Assembly (NCBI GenBank): GCA_964455955.1
Contig: CAYWBA010000001.1
Span: 1-37,593, forward strand
Direction of reading: 5' to 3'
DNA length: 37,593 nucleotides
Source of the DNA: an uncultured Planctomycetota bacterium
GTDB lineage: Bacteria > Planctomycetota > SKW154 > DAOVDS01
Shown here: in pieces, positions 17,414-24,760 of the stretch
Position numbering within the stretch: the first letter of the stretch is position 1
How the letters are laid out: each line of letters begins with the position of its first letter
The notes under the pieces: model-generated
The model's input: the letters and a program-made list of their open reading frames with translations, nothing else
Told to the model about the DNA's origin: nothing
Database searches by the model: none
Program-made: the position numbers and the translations under genes

Positions 17414-18283
17414 TTGCCGCGGGTATCGGCCATAATCCCGACCTATAACGCGCCTGAGTTCCTAATGCAGGCGGTTGAATCAGTTCTGGCGCAGAGCTAC
17501 CGCGACTACGAGTTGATAGTGGTGGATGACGGCTCCGGGCCCGAGACTCGCGCCGCCCTTGAGCCCTGCATGGACCGCATACGATACATACGCCAGGAGA
17601 ATGCCGGCCCGTCCGCGGCCCGGAACAGTGGAATCAGGGAATCTGCGGGAGAGCTCATCGCTTTCCTTGACCACGACGACCTGTGGCTTCCCGGGAAGCT
17701 CGTCGCGCAGGTGGAGTTCATGGACGCCCACCCCGAGTACAAGCTCAGCTACCACATAGTCGAATATTTCGGCGGGGATGGCAAGCTTGACTTTCCGAGG
17801 CGCGAGGGGCCGCAGGGGGATGTGCTTGCCGCGCTTTTCAGAAGGATTTTCCTCATCACGCTTGCGGTAATGTGCCGCCGGGAGTGCTTCGAGAAGGCCG
17901 GGTACTTCGACGAAAAGCTCCGTTTTGCGCAGGACTACGAGCTGTGGCTGCGAATGGCGCTGCACTACCACTTCGGTTACCTTGACAAAGTACTGGGGCG
18001 CTACAGGTTCCACGAGGGCAACCTCTCCTGGGAAAACAGGACCAGGCACTTCCTCGAGAAGCTTGAGAGCCGCGAACGTACATATGCCGACCCCGCCGTC
18101 GCAGGCAGAATACCCGGGAAGCTTTACCGCCGCGAGATAGCATCCACCACTTTCAAACTTGCCAAGCTGTACCTGGCGCAGGGAGATGTCGAGGCATCAC
18201 GCCGCATGATTGCGAAGTCAATACATCACCGCCCACTCGATTACAGACGCTGGCTACTCTGGCTGCGTACCCGCCTCGCCTGA
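17414..18283 (+). CDS. Glycosyltransferase family 2 (GT-A) with helical C-terminal extension
   Basis: VSAIIPTYNAPEFLMQAVESVLAQSYRDYELIVVDDGSGPETRAAL...ENAGPSAARNSGI...IAFLDHDDLW (DxD). TTG start lies 5 nt after AAGGAGG (17402-17408) and 2 nt after the upstream stop. Confidence 0.85.
   Translation: MPRVSAIIPTYNAPEFLMQAVESVLAQSYRDYELIVVDDGSGPETRAALEPCMDRIRYIRQENAGPSAARNSGIRESAGELIAFLDHDDLWLPGKLVAQVEFMDAHPEYKLSYHIVEYFGGDGKLDFPRREGPQGDVLAALFRRIFLITLAVMCRRECFEKAGYFDEKLRFAQDYELWLRMALHYHFGYLDKVLGRYRFHEGNLSWENRTRHFLEKLESRERTYADPAVAGRIPGKLYRREIASTTFKLAKLYLAQGDVEASRRMIAKSIHHRPLDYRRWLLWLRTRLA
17497..17556 (+). repeat. Arm 1 of a 60-nt inverted repeat (58/60 identical, 34-nt perfect core 17514-17547) shared with 19056-19115
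   Basis: CTACCGCGACTACGAG[T]TGATAGTGGTGGATGACGGCTCCGGGCCCGAGAC[T]CGCGCCGC compared with the reverse complement of 19056-19115, which has C and G at the two bracketed positions. Confidence 0.85.
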
Positions 18284-19204
18284 TAAATCCTCACGCCAGA
18301 GGTCTGTGTGCCCGACCTTCCGGAAGGCGTGAAAGATTTTCTTCAGCCGAAGCAGTGTAAAAGGCCTTACACGAATTGCTTTAAGAAGATAGCTGCGCGC
18401 CCGGGGCATATCGCCAAGCTGATGAGAAAGTTCGGCAAGTTTAAAGTACACCGAAGCGATTTCTCTGCAGTAAACGCGCCGGGGTATGTGATGTGAGCCC
18501 TTTTCAGAATATATCTTCTGGAGCGCAAGCAGGCGTTCCTTGGTTAGCGAAAGCGCCCTTCCACCAGTAGTGTTGTCTCCGTGGAGACGATATTTTGCAA
18601 GCACCTCCGGCACATACGCAAAATCATACTCGCGGGCTATTCGAAGCGCCATCTCGTATTCGAGTATCAGCCTGTAGCCGGGATCAAAACCACCCAGTTT
18701 TTCAAAGCACTCTCTCTTGCAAAGTATCGCGAGGGTGTTTACAAAGTTGCTTTCAAAAAGCGCGGCAAAGACATCGCCCTCCGGTTTGCATTTCTTGGCG
18801 AAGGGGTCGCCGAGGTCGCGGCGTCCTTCAGGGGTATCTACAAAAAGAACAAAGTCACAGTAGACAAGCCCTGCCTCAGGACGTTCCGTGGCGCGGGCGA
18901 CTTGTTTCTCAAGATTGCGAGGCAGCCACAAGTCGTCATGGTCAAGAAAAGCTATGTAGTTTCCTTCAGCCTCTTTGAGACCGCGGTTGCGCGCCCCGGC
19001 TATCCCGGTGTTTTCCTGGTAAACATATCGGATGCGGTCCATATAGGGGCCGAGAGCGGCGCGCGTCTCGGGCCCGGAGCCGTCATCCACCACTATCAGC
19101 TCGTAGTCGCGGTAGGTCTGTGCAAGAACAGCTTCCACAGCTTCCACAAGAAAGGCAGGTGCATTATATGTAGGGATTATCACGCTGACCGCAACACTAC
19201 CCAT
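18254..19204 (-). CDS. Glycosyltransferase family 2 (GT-A), paralog of 17414..18283, convergent and overlapping it by 30 nt
   Basis: VSVIIPTYNAPAFLVEAVEAVLAQTYRDYELIVVDDGSGPETRAAL...ENTGIAGARNRGL...IAFLDHDDLW. Stop TAG is the complement of 18254-18256. The partner's stop TGA is at 18281-18283. Confidence 0.85.
   Translation of the reverse strand: MGSVAVSVIIPTYNAPAFLVEAVEAVLAQTYRDYELIVVDDGSGPETRAALGPYMDRIRYVYQENTGIAGARNRGLKEAEGNYIAFLDHDDLWLPRNLEKQVARATERPEAGLVYCDFVLFVDTPEGRRDLGDPFAKKCKPEGDVFAALFESNFVNTLAILCKRECFEKLGGFDPGYRLILEYEMALRIAREYDFAYVPEVLAKYRLHGDNTTGGRALSLTKERLLALQKIYSEKGSHHIPRRVYCREIASVYFKLAELSHQLGDMPRARSYLLKAIRVRPFTLLRLKKIFHAFRKVGHTDLWREDLSGEAGTQPE
19056..19115 (-). repeat. Arm 2 of the 60-nt inverted repeat (see 17497-17556)
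   Basis: The reverse complement of this segment matches 17497-17556 at 58 of 60 positions (hand alignment). Confidence 0.85.
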
Positions 19205-19208
19205 AGTC

Positions 19209-20159
19209 CTAATCCTTCGCCTCTCTTACCAAGTAATATCCGGTCGAATCACTTTTTCCAACAAGGGAAAGAAGTCCCGACACAAGTGAGGTAGCTATCT
19301 TGGCGGCTGGCGTGCGCAGGATTCTGTTAATCACGGTGGCAGGAAACTCCCCGCCGTACTTGGCTGCCACAAAAAGCTGCATCAGTGTTTCGCGAAGACC
19401 ATTACTTTCCGCCACAGCCCTGACCTTTACCAGCTTTAGGCCGGCAAATCCCGAGAGTTTGACCATGGTCCGCAGGGTAAAATGCGACAAGTGCCTGGGC
19501 GCATCAACCTGGGCCCAGCGGGAGCGGAAAACACGGAATGACAAGGAGTCCAAATTAGGCACTTCAACGTAAATCATGCCACCTGGCACAAGTACATCTG
19601 CCGCCTTGCGCAGCGCGGTAAGGGGTTCATGCAGGTGCTCAAGGACGTGAGTCATAATCACTATGTCAAACTGGGCAGGCGCAAGCTTCGCCTCCTCAAA
19701 TGAAACCTTTATTATTTCTACTCCCAGCCCTTTCGCCAGAGGTGATTCCTCACAGAAGGGCTCAAGCCCGAGGGTGTCCCAGCCCGCTTTCTTAAACTCT
19801 GCAAGCAGCTCTCCCCCTCCGCACCCTACGTCAAGTATGCGGCCCCGGCGGGAGGTAAACCAGGGGTCACTTTTGAGCCTGTTGGGCATGTCCGGGTTCC
19901 CAAACAAAATAGCAGGGATTCGCTTGTAAAGACTTTCCTTCTTTCGTTCTCTGAGTGCCTGTTTACGCAGCCCTAAACCTGGTGGGTAAAACCGGCCGAT
20001 TTCTTCAGGAGAAGGGCGCGGGTTAACAAAAACCAGACCGCAGTCAAGACATTTCACAATATTAAAGTAACCCGCATCGGGATAAAGATGGTCCCGGCTA
20101 CGGAGGATTACCCTCTGTCTGGCTCCTCCGCAAAGGTTGCACTTGACTCTTTCCATCAC
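19209..20159 (-). CDS. Class I SAM-dependent methyltransferase with N-terminal CxxC...CxxC zinc-ribbon
   Basis: MMERVKCNLCGG...VKCLDCGLVFVNP, then ILDVGCGGGELLAEF (motif I), FDIVIMTHVLEHL, GGMIYVEVPN. Its stop lies 4 nt from the start of the downstream GT2 gene. Confidence 0.8.
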   Translation of the reverse strand: MMERVKCNLCGGARQRVILRSRDHLYPDAGYFNIVKCLDCGLVFVNPRPSPEEIGRFYPPGLGLRKQALRERKKESLYKRIPAILFGNPDMPNRLKSDPWFTSRRGRILDVGCGGGELLAEFKKAGWDTLGLEPFCEESPLAKGLGVEIIKVSFEEAKLAPAQFDIVIMTHVLEHLHEPLTALRKAADVLVPGGMIYVEVPNLDSLSFRVFRSRWAQVDAPRHLSHFTLRTMVKLSGFAGLKLVKVRAVAESNGLRETLMQLFVAAKYGGEFPATVINRILRTPAAKIATSLVSGLLSLVGKSDSTGYYLVREAKD

Positions 20160-20231
20160 GCGCCCCGGTTAAAAACAACCACCTCAAGCACGGGACATCC
20201 ACATGTAGAACAAGTATTGCCGCAGGGCCGG

Positions 20232-20690
20232 CTATTGTTCCGCTTCGAGGAACACGCCAATAACATCCTCAGCGCTCTGCGCGTTGAGAAGGCCCTCGCA
20301 GAACTCCTTGCTCTTGAGGAGCCTGGTCAGGTGCGCCAATATCTGCAGGTATTGCGGGACCTGGTCTTTCGGCGTGCCGAGCAAAAAGAAAAGCTTGCAG
20401 GGCTGGGAGTCGAGCGCCTGGAAGTCCACGCCCCCGACCGACCGCCCAAACGCCATGACGAAGGAATCCACCGCATCGGTGCGGGCGTGTGGAATCGCAA
20501 TCCCCTCGCCAATGCCTGTCGTTGCGACCTCCTCGCGCCTGAACACATCCTTGAGGAACGCCTTGAAATTCTTCATTCCCTCGACCTCTTCCAGGCATAC
20601 GGCAATCTCATTTATTATGCCCGCCTTGTCGGTTGCCTCCAGGTTCAGACAAATGTGCGAGCTTTCAAGGAATCCAGCCAGCTTGACCAC
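20232..20690 (-). CDS. ptsN: PTS EIIA type-2 domain protein (PtsN/EIIA-Ntr-like)
   Basis: (V)VKLAGFLESSHICLNLEATDKAGIINEIAVCL...EVATTGIGEGIAIPHARTD (phosphorylatable His motif)...CKLFFLLGTP...YLQILAHLTRLL. Start trimmed to GTG 20690 (AGGGAG 6 nt upstream), giving 152 aa. The track ORF's 116-aa N-terminal extension overlaps tgt and has no family resemblance. The gene symbol is a family-level guess. Confidence 0.8.
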   Translation of the reverse strand: MVKLAGFLESSHICLNLEATDKAGIINEIAVCLEEVEGMKNFKAFLKDVFRREEVATTGIGEGIAIPHARTDAVDSFVMAFGRSVGGVDFQALDSQPCKLFFLLGTPKDQVPQYLQILAHLTRLLKSKEFCEGLLNAQSAEDVIGVFLEAEQ

Positions 20691-20848
20691 GGTAGTCTCC
20701 CTTTGCGTTCTCTGTACTGCACCCTCGAGTCTGCGAACCGCTTTTCCAACCACTCTGGTGCGTGGCCCGAGCAGCCCAACATTACAAAGCCTGAATTCTA
20801 TTGCGCGCCAACCCGGTATGCAACCTAAAATGCTGCCCGCGTGCAAAA

Positions 20849-21976
20849 TTACTCGCCCCCAAAAAACCCGAAGTTCCCATCTTTTCCCGAGCGGACCCAG
20901 GCCCGCAGCGCCGCCATCAGGTCCTGGTAAAAGGAAACGTTGTGAATCGTAGCCAGTGTGTATGCCAGAAGCTCGCGCGAAGCAAACAGGTGCCTCAAGT
21001 AGCTGCGTGAGAAGTTCGAGCAGAGGTAGCACGAGCACCCGGGGTCAACCGGCCCGAAGTCCTCCTTGAACCTCTCCTGCAGTATTCTCAGCTTCCCCGC
21101 CCGCGTGAACAGCAAAGCGTTGCGGGCGTTGCGCGTCGGCATGACGCAGTCAAACATGTCCACCCCGCGCATGACAGCCTCGACTATGTCCTGCGGCGCG
21201 CCCACGCCCATCAGGTAGCGCGGCCGCTCTTGCGGCAAAAGGGCGCAGGTCTGCTCAAGCGCCTCCAGCATCTCTTCCTTCGGCTCGCCTACCGAGAGCC
21301 CGCCGATTGCGTAGCCTGCGAAATCCATCTCCACCAACTGGCCCGCGCACTCGCAGCGCAGGTCGGAAAAAACAGAGCCCTGCACAATCGCAAACAAAGC
21401 CTGCGGCGACTCGCCCGTATGCTCCTTGCATACCTGCGCCCAGCGCACGGTGCGTTCGACCGCCCTTGAAGCTTCTTCTTTCGAACACGGGTACGGCGTG
21501 CACTGGTCGAAGCAGGTGACCATATCCGCCCCGAGGCGGCGCTGGATTTCAGTCGCCTCCTTCGGCCCGATGAAACGCTCCGAGCCGTCAATGTGCGAAC
21601 GGAACCGGACCCCGTCCTCCTCGACCCTGACCAGCCGACCGCTGGCGCCTTTCTTGTCCTGGCCGCGTGCGTCGCCCGCGGCCAGCGAGAATACCTGGAA
21701 CCCGCCCGAGTCGGTGAGAATCGGCCGCTCCCAGCGCATAAACTCGTGCAGCCCACCCGCATCTTCGACAACACTCTCGCCCGGCCGCAGGTGGAGATGG
21801 TACGCGTTGGCAAGGATAGCCTGCGTGCCTGTAGCCGCAAGCTGCTCCGGGGTCAGCGCCTTGACAGTAGCCAGCGTCGCAACCGGGAAGAAAGCAGGCG
21901 TCTCAATCACGCCATGCGCAGCAACTATCCTGCCATCTCTCGCATTGCCTGACTGGTTCAGTACCTCAAATTTCAT
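20849..21976 (-). CDS. tgt: Queuine tRNA-ribosyltransferase (tRNA-guanine transglycosylase)
   Basis: MKFEVLNQSGNARDGRI...HGVIETPAFFPV, LANAYHLHLRPG, ILTDSGGFQVFSL, GYAIGGLSVGE, MGVGAP, and the zinc site CSCYLCSNFSRSYLRHL. All are canonical Tgt motifs. Confidence 0.95.
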   Translation of the reverse strand: MKFEVLNQSGNARDGRIVAAHGVIETPAFFPVATLATVKALTPEQLAATGTQAILANAYHLHLRPGESVVEDAGGLHEFMRWERPILTDSGGFQVFSLAAGDARGQDKKGASGRLVRVEEDGVRFRSHIDGSERFIGPKEATEIQRRLGADMVTCFDQCTPYPCSKEEASRAVERTVRWAQVCKEHTGESPQALFAIVQGSVFSDLRCECAGQLVEMDFAGYAIGGLSVGEPKEEMLEALEQTCALLPQERPRYLMGVGAPQDIVEAVMRGVDMFDCVMPTRNARNALLFTRAGKLRILQERFKEDFGPVDPGCSCYLCSNFSRSYLRHLFASRELLAYTLATIHNVSFYQDLMAALRAWVRSGKDGNFGFFGGE

Positions 21977-22028
21977 CGTTGTACCTCGTCAACTCCACAA
22001 AAACAGCCTTCCTGTCGTCTGTAAACTG

Positions 22029-22080
22029 TCTGTAAATAGAGTTCCTTACGTACCAACGACTTACGACATCTATTTACAGA
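22029..22080. repeat. 12-bp perfect inverted repeat (TCTGTAAATAGA ... TCTATTTACAGA) with 28-nt spacer, 50-105 nt upstream of tgt
   Basis: Arms at 22029-22040 and 22069-22080. The spacer contains CTTACG twice. CTGTAAA also occurs just upstream (22020-22026). Confidence 0.6.
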
Positions 22081-22293
22081 TTTCGCGGGGGGTCGGGTTA
22101 CATTTATGTGGGATAGCGTGAATTGAGGATGGACGTAACCTATTGCTACATATACAGGTTGCGTCGAATCGCGAAGTGTGGGTGTGTGTAACATCTTGTC
22201 CTGCAATGGGTTAGGGCGAATTTCACCACTTTACAAATCCAATTCTTGCCACGGAGACACAAAGGCACAGAGGTCACTTAACCAAGATAAGAA

Positions 22294-22341
22294 GGCAATA
22301 GCCAAGTAGCCAACAGCCGGAGCCGGATTCAGGCTATTGCC
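22294..22341. repeat. 10-bp inverted repeat GGCAATAGCC / GGCTATTGCC with 28-nt spacer, followed by further CTATTGCC / CTATTGG copies
   Basis: Arms at 22294-22303 and 22332-22341. Downstream: GCCTATTGCC (22346-22355) and CTATTGG (22355-22361). Confidence 0.55.
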
Positions 22342-22381
22342 TGATGCCTATTGCCTATTGGCTGCTGGCTTGCTTTTCTTA

Positions 22382-22416
22382 CCTTTAACCTTCAACCTTG
22401 AACCTTTAACCCTTCT
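22382..22416. repeat. Heptamer tandem repeat CCTT(T/C/G)AA x4 plus one degenerate unit
   Basis: CCTTTAA CCTTCAA CCTTGAA CCTTTAA CCCTTCT, read directly. About 85 nt upstream of the candidate ank promoter. Confidence 0.7.
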
Positions 22417-22500
22417 TCCACACTATTATACGCACGAACAGGCAAAATGTCATCAAAAATCCCGAAAGAATCTCAAAAAATCTCAGTGCCTTTTGCGTGC

Positions 22501-22529
22501 TTGCTTTTGGGCGCACATTGCGGTATAAT
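22501..22529 (+). promoter_or_regulatory. Near-consensus sigma70-type promoter TTGCTT-N17-TATAAT immediately upstream of the ankyrin operon
   Basis: TTGCTT at 22501-22506, a 17-nt spacer, TATAAT at 22524-22529. The ATG of the lipoprotein ORF is at 22539, only 9 nt after the -10 box. Confidence 0.45.
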
Positions 22530-22538
22530 GTGGATGGC

Positions 22539-23870
22539 ATGAAAGAGATATTATACATTCTGGTTGTCCTGATGCTCCTCGCCGGTTGCGGGAAGCAGGA
22601 AATGAGCGCTGAGGAACTTGCAGCGGCGAAGAAAGAGTTTTTCAAAGCAGCGGAAGCGGGAGATATAGGCAGTATAAAAGAACTCATTGAAGCTGGGGTT
22701 GATGTTAAGGCAAAAGACGAAAACGGCAGAACTGCGTTGCATAAGGCTGCCGAGAAGGACCATTTTGAGATAGTAAAGCTTCTGATTGAAAAAGGTGCAG
22801 ATGTAAACATAGCAGATAACGGAGGGAATACTCCCCTCCACCATGCGAAAAGCAAAAAAGTTGCTGAGTTGCTGCTAACGAATGGCGCCAATATCAATGC
22901 AAAAAACGAGGATGATGAAACGCTATTACATCCATTGCTGCAAAGTCCTTATGAATATGAAGACTTAGTCAATCTCTACATTTCAAAAGGCGCAGATGTA
23001 AATGCAAGAAACAGCGAAGGTTTCACACCTCTTGACCTTGCGGTTGACAAGAGACCTAAGACTACGGTTGAGGCGCTTCGGGAGGCTGGCGCTGAGCATG
23101 GCAACCCTCTGGGGCGCGAATTACTTAATATGGCCGAGAAAGGCGACCTTGCACGCGTGAAGGAGCTGATAAAGCAAGGAGCGAATATATATATAAAGGA
23201 TAGCTGGGGATGCACACCTATCTTAGAAGCAGCTTTGAAAGGTCATTTGGAAATTGTAAAGTTACTGATTGATTGTGGTGCTGAAGTAAATGTGGTTAAC
23301 AAAGAAACTAATCAGACTGTATTGCACATGGCGTCAAAGGCAAGCAATTCGGATTTAGTAAAATTTCTTATCGCCAAGGGTGCTGATGTTGATGCAATAG
23401 ACTATTGGAAGAACACGCCTCTGTTTTCTGCTGCTAGTGGGAATAAAAAGGAAATTGTGGAGATTCTTATTTCTGCGGGCGCTTGTGTTGATTTTAGAAA
23501 CGATAATGGTGAGACTCCTCTCTGGAGAACCACATATTATGAATCTCTGGATGCAGCAAAAGTTCTTATTGCAAATGGAGCTGATATAAATGCAAAAGTT
23601 CCGAGGTCAGTTCTTCAGGCAACCGGAGCTGATGCAGCTGATGTAAAGGTAAAAGTTGCATCGAATCATACCCCTCTTCATTATAGTGCATATCAGGGAC
23701 ATAAGGAATTTGCTAAATTGTTAATTGACAAAGGAGCTTATATAAACGCGCTGGATATAGATGGAAACACCCCTTTGGATGTGACTAAATACGAAGAAAT
23801 GAAGCAACTCCTTCGCAAGCACGGCGCAGTTTCGGGAAAAGAGCTTAAAGAGAAAGAGGAAGAAAAATGA
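22539..23870 (+). CDS. Ankyrin-repeat lipoprotein (about 11 ANK repeats)
   Basis: MKEILYILVVLMLLAGC has an LAGC lipobox. Repeated ANK consensus (GRTALHKAAEKDHFEIVKLLIEKGADVN, GNTPLHHA..., GFTPLDLA..., GCTPILEAALKGHLEIVKLLIDCGAEVN, ...). Start moved from TTG 22497 to ATG 22539 to give a normal-length signal peptide. C-terminal tail LLRKHGAVSGKELKEKEEEK. Confidence 0.85.
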   Translation: MKEILYILVVLMLLAGCGKQEMSAEELAAAKKEFFKAAEAGDIGSIKELIEAGVDVKAKDENGRTALHKAAEKDHFEIVKLLIEKGADVNIADNGGNTPLHHAKSKKVAELLLTNGANINAKNEDDETLLHPLLQSPYEYEDLVNLYISKGADVNARNSEGFTPLDLAVDKRPKTTVEALREAGAEHGNPLGRELLNMAEKGDLARVKELIKQGANIYIKDSWGCTPILEAALKGHLEIVKLLIDCGAEVNVVNKETNQTVLHMASKASNSDLVKFLIAKGADVDAIDYWKNTPLFSAASGNKKEIVEILISAGACVDFRNDNGETPLWRTTYYESLDAAKVLIANGADINAKVPRSVLQATGADAADVKVKVASNHTPLHYSAYQGHKEFAKLLIDKGAYINALDIDGNTPLDVTKYEEMKQLLRKHGAVSGKELKEKEEEK

Positions 23871-24457
23871 GAAAGGCCGCCTACATTTTGATGATTCTCT
23901 TGGTTTTTCCTGCATGCAGGGCAAATCGGATGGTGTCTACCAAAGACAGAAGATTGCTTGCTGCTGCTTCAGGGAGTGTCGAGGAAGTCAGGAGGCTCCT
24001 TACCGAAGGCGCCGATGTCAACGCAAAGGACGAAGACGGTGAAACTGCCCTTCACCGAGCTGCGAGATTCGGTGACGAAGATGTCGTAAGGCTTCTCATA
24101 GCCTCAGGTGCAGACTTGAATGTGGCCCACAAATTTGGACACACTCCTTTACATGAAACGGCCATCCATTCTCACGGAAGTGACCTTGCTGAAGTTCTTT
24201 TAGCAAACGGCGCTGACATTGAAGCAAGAACAGGCATTGGCAGAACCCCCCTACATGAAGCCGTAGTATGGTGGAGGAAAGAGCTTGCTAAATTGCTGAT
24301 AGGGAAGGGAGCCAACGTGAATAGCGTGGATAACTTTGGCAAAACCCCTCTCGACTATGCATTGAAAGACAGACAGAAAGAGCTAATGGAGCTCCTTCGC
24401 GCGCATGGCGCAGTTTCGGGGAAAGAGCTCAAGGAGAGCAAAGAAGAAGACAAATGA
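23867..24457 (+). CDS. Ankyrin-repeat secreted/lipoprotein (about 4-5 ANK repeats)
   Basis: ATGA start/stop overlap with the upstream gene. Signal peptide MRKAAYILMILLVFPAC. ANK repeats (GETALHRAARFGDEDVVRLLIASGADLN, GHTPLHET..., GRTPLHEAVVWWRKELAKLLIGKGANVN). Tail LLRAHGAVSGKELKESKEEDK. Confidence 0.85.
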   Translation: MRKAAYILMILLVFPACRANRMVSTKDRRLLAAASGSVEEVRRLLTEGADVNAKDEDGETALHRAARFGDEDVVRLLIASGADLNVAHKFGHTPLHETAIHSHGSDLAEVLLANGADIEARTGIGRTPLHEAVVWWRKELAKLLIGKGANVNSVDNFGKTPLDYALKDRQKELMELLRAHGAVSGKELKESKEEDK

Positions 24458-24543
24458 AAAAGACCTTATTCACAATCGCAATTCTTTTTGTCCTCACCGG
24501 CTGCAGCGGGAAGCAGGAAAGAGTCACTCAGAACATCTGGTAG
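24454..24543 (+). pseudogene. 5' stub of a third ankyrin-lipoprotein gene: intact lipoprotein signal peptide, then premature stop
   Basis: ATGA overlap with the ank2 stop. Encodes MKKTLFTIAILFVLTGCSGKQERVTQNIW*, with an LTGC lipobox. The CTC-ACC-GGC-TGC-(AGC)-GGG-AAG-CAG-GAA-A stretch parallels ank1 (CTC-GCC-GGT-TGC-GGG-AAG-CAG-GAA-A). Similarity ends at about 24530. Confidence 0.55.
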
Positions 24544-24760
24544 TTTTTGTTACGTACATGCCTTGAGTGTAAAATCAACTTTACATCTTGCCAAAACCAT
24601 TTTAACCTCAGTTGGGCTGAATTCTTGATGTGGTAAGGACTTCCTGAGAGATGGCTGGCAGCGGCACAGAATTTGCTCATATATTGCAATTTAATGCACG
24701 TATGCCAAAGGCAAACAAGATGTGTTGCATTTCAGTTGGTTGTAAAGGAGGAAGAGGAAG

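Noticed and set aside
18581-19294. 237-aa plus-strand ORF over the second GT2 gene
   Set aside because: It is antisense to a CDS with canonical GT2 motifs and has no family signal.
20691-20848. Possible sigma54 (-24 GG / -12 GC) promoter upstream of the PtsN-like gene
   Set aside because: The best candidates (TGGAAAAGCGGTTCGCA; GGGCAG-N9-TTGCA, both minus strand) have wrong spacing by at least 1 nt or lack the conserved GC. The evidence is not convincing.
20691-21038. N-terminal 116 aa of track ORF 20232..21038
   Set aside because: It overlaps the tgt coding region and bears no resemblance to the EIIA family. An internal GTG with an SD gives a canonical-length protein.
22249-22272. CCACGGAGACACAAAGGCACAGAGG motif, reminiscent of short CACAGAG/CACGGAG-type interspersed repeats seen in some uncultivated lineages
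   Set aside because: There is a single copy in this window, so I cannot test whether it is a repeat family. I noted it but did not call it.
22497-22538. TTG 22497 as the start of ank1
   Set aside because: It would give a 31-residue signal peptide with a mixed-charge n-region and would lie upstream of the near-consensus promoter. ATG 22539 gives a textbook lipoprotein signal. I kept it as an alternative only.
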